A DNA stretch of 64,000 nucleotides from NCBI GenBank assembly GCA_051294375.1, contig CM119264.1, positions 3,409,810 to 3,473,809 on the forward strand, read 5' to 3'. Shown in pieces: positions 63,110 to 64,000 of the stretch. The first letter of the stretch is position 1, and each line of letters begins with the position of its first letter. This DNA is from Paraspadella gotoi (lineage: Eukaryota; Animalia; Chaetognatha). Under the pieces are notes generated by a model. That model was given only the letters and a program-made list of their open reading frames with translations. It was not told where the DNA came from and made no database searches. The translations under genes and the position numbers were made by a program.

Positions 63110-63653
63110 AATTTTTCTTCGTAATAAACTTTTAACGCGATTTTCCGACGTTGAATCCAAGAAGAGAAAATAAAAAGAAAGAAAAGGAAAAGAAAGAAAA
63201 GGAAAAGAAAGAAAAGGAAAAAACGAAAACGACAAAAAAAAAAAGATTTCTTAGAAATGCGGGACTCGAGAATAAATCTTCCCTTTACTTTAGTTTATTT
63301 TTTAACTTGCATTATTTAAAAAGCGATTTACAATTAGGGATAGCAACTCAAAAAGCTAAAGCCACAGATATTTGACATTCGAAATAAAGAATAAAATAAT
63401 TAATAAAAAACGGTAGATTATTTAAAATATAAAGTTTTGCCAATATGCAGCCCGACTATGCAATGTATGAATAGAATGCATATGGTACGAAAGAAAATTT
63501 GGGCGCTCGAATTATTTATGAACCGCGGAACCAGAAAAGAGGAAAAGAGGAAAAGGTACTTGCGACTTTGGACACGCTGTGTCAACATCGTTTTGTCCGG
63601 CAAATGTTTGCACCCTCTCTCTCATTCACTCTCTCTCTATCTATTTCTCTCTG

Positions 63654-63688
<35 letters not shown>

Positions 63689-63695
63689 TCTCTTC

Positions 63696-63746
<51 letters not shown>

Positions 63747-64000
63747 CTCTCGACCGCTTCCGCCTTCATTTTATTATGGTCACGTTATTGTTCTCGGTCT
63801 GTTGCAGTTGTTGATGTAGCTGTCGTCGTCGTCGTCATCGTCGTCGTTGTCCTCGTCGTGTTTACATCGCCGGATGCGATTCCCTTTTTTTTTGTTTTTC
63901 CTTTCCGGTCGTTAATGATGGGAGTTTTCATTTATTTCACTGCGGCCTCTTAATTAGAGAAGTGTTCGCTCGTGAAACGATGAAAAAATACGAGATAAAG

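Overview
Eukaryotic (probably invertebrate animal) draft-assembly window: AT-rich, gappy and saturated with microsatellites ((AG)n, (GAC)n, (CAT)n, (CCGA)n, (CTCGG)n, (GCG)n). Almost all entries in the supplied ORF track are microsatellite or N-gap artefacts. The only protein-coding gene I can support is a spliced, strongly divergent VDAC/porin-like beta-barrel gene on the + strand. Its clean exons lie at about 4474-5665 and its 5' exons are buried in noisy, duplicated sequence at about 3640-4179 and 1655-2107. Other supported features are several non-autonomous DNA elements: a 205-bp MITE with 46-bp inverted ends, a Tc1/mariner-type MITE with TA flanks, two DINE-1/Helentron-associated-like elements and a (CCGA)n-[70 bp]x6-(CCGA)n cassette. 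There are also minisatellites, a few promoter-like motif clusters and orphan exon-like segments. Much of 0.1-36.5 kb is redundant: direct and fold-back copies with insertion-type noise sit next to exact 25-N gaps, and there is about 7 kb of unalignable junk. This points to raw long reads pasted in during gap filling rather than biology. I found no CRISPR array, rRNA, convincing tRNA, transposase or multi-gene novel system. All homology statements come from by-eye comparison with remembered family motifs, not from database searches.
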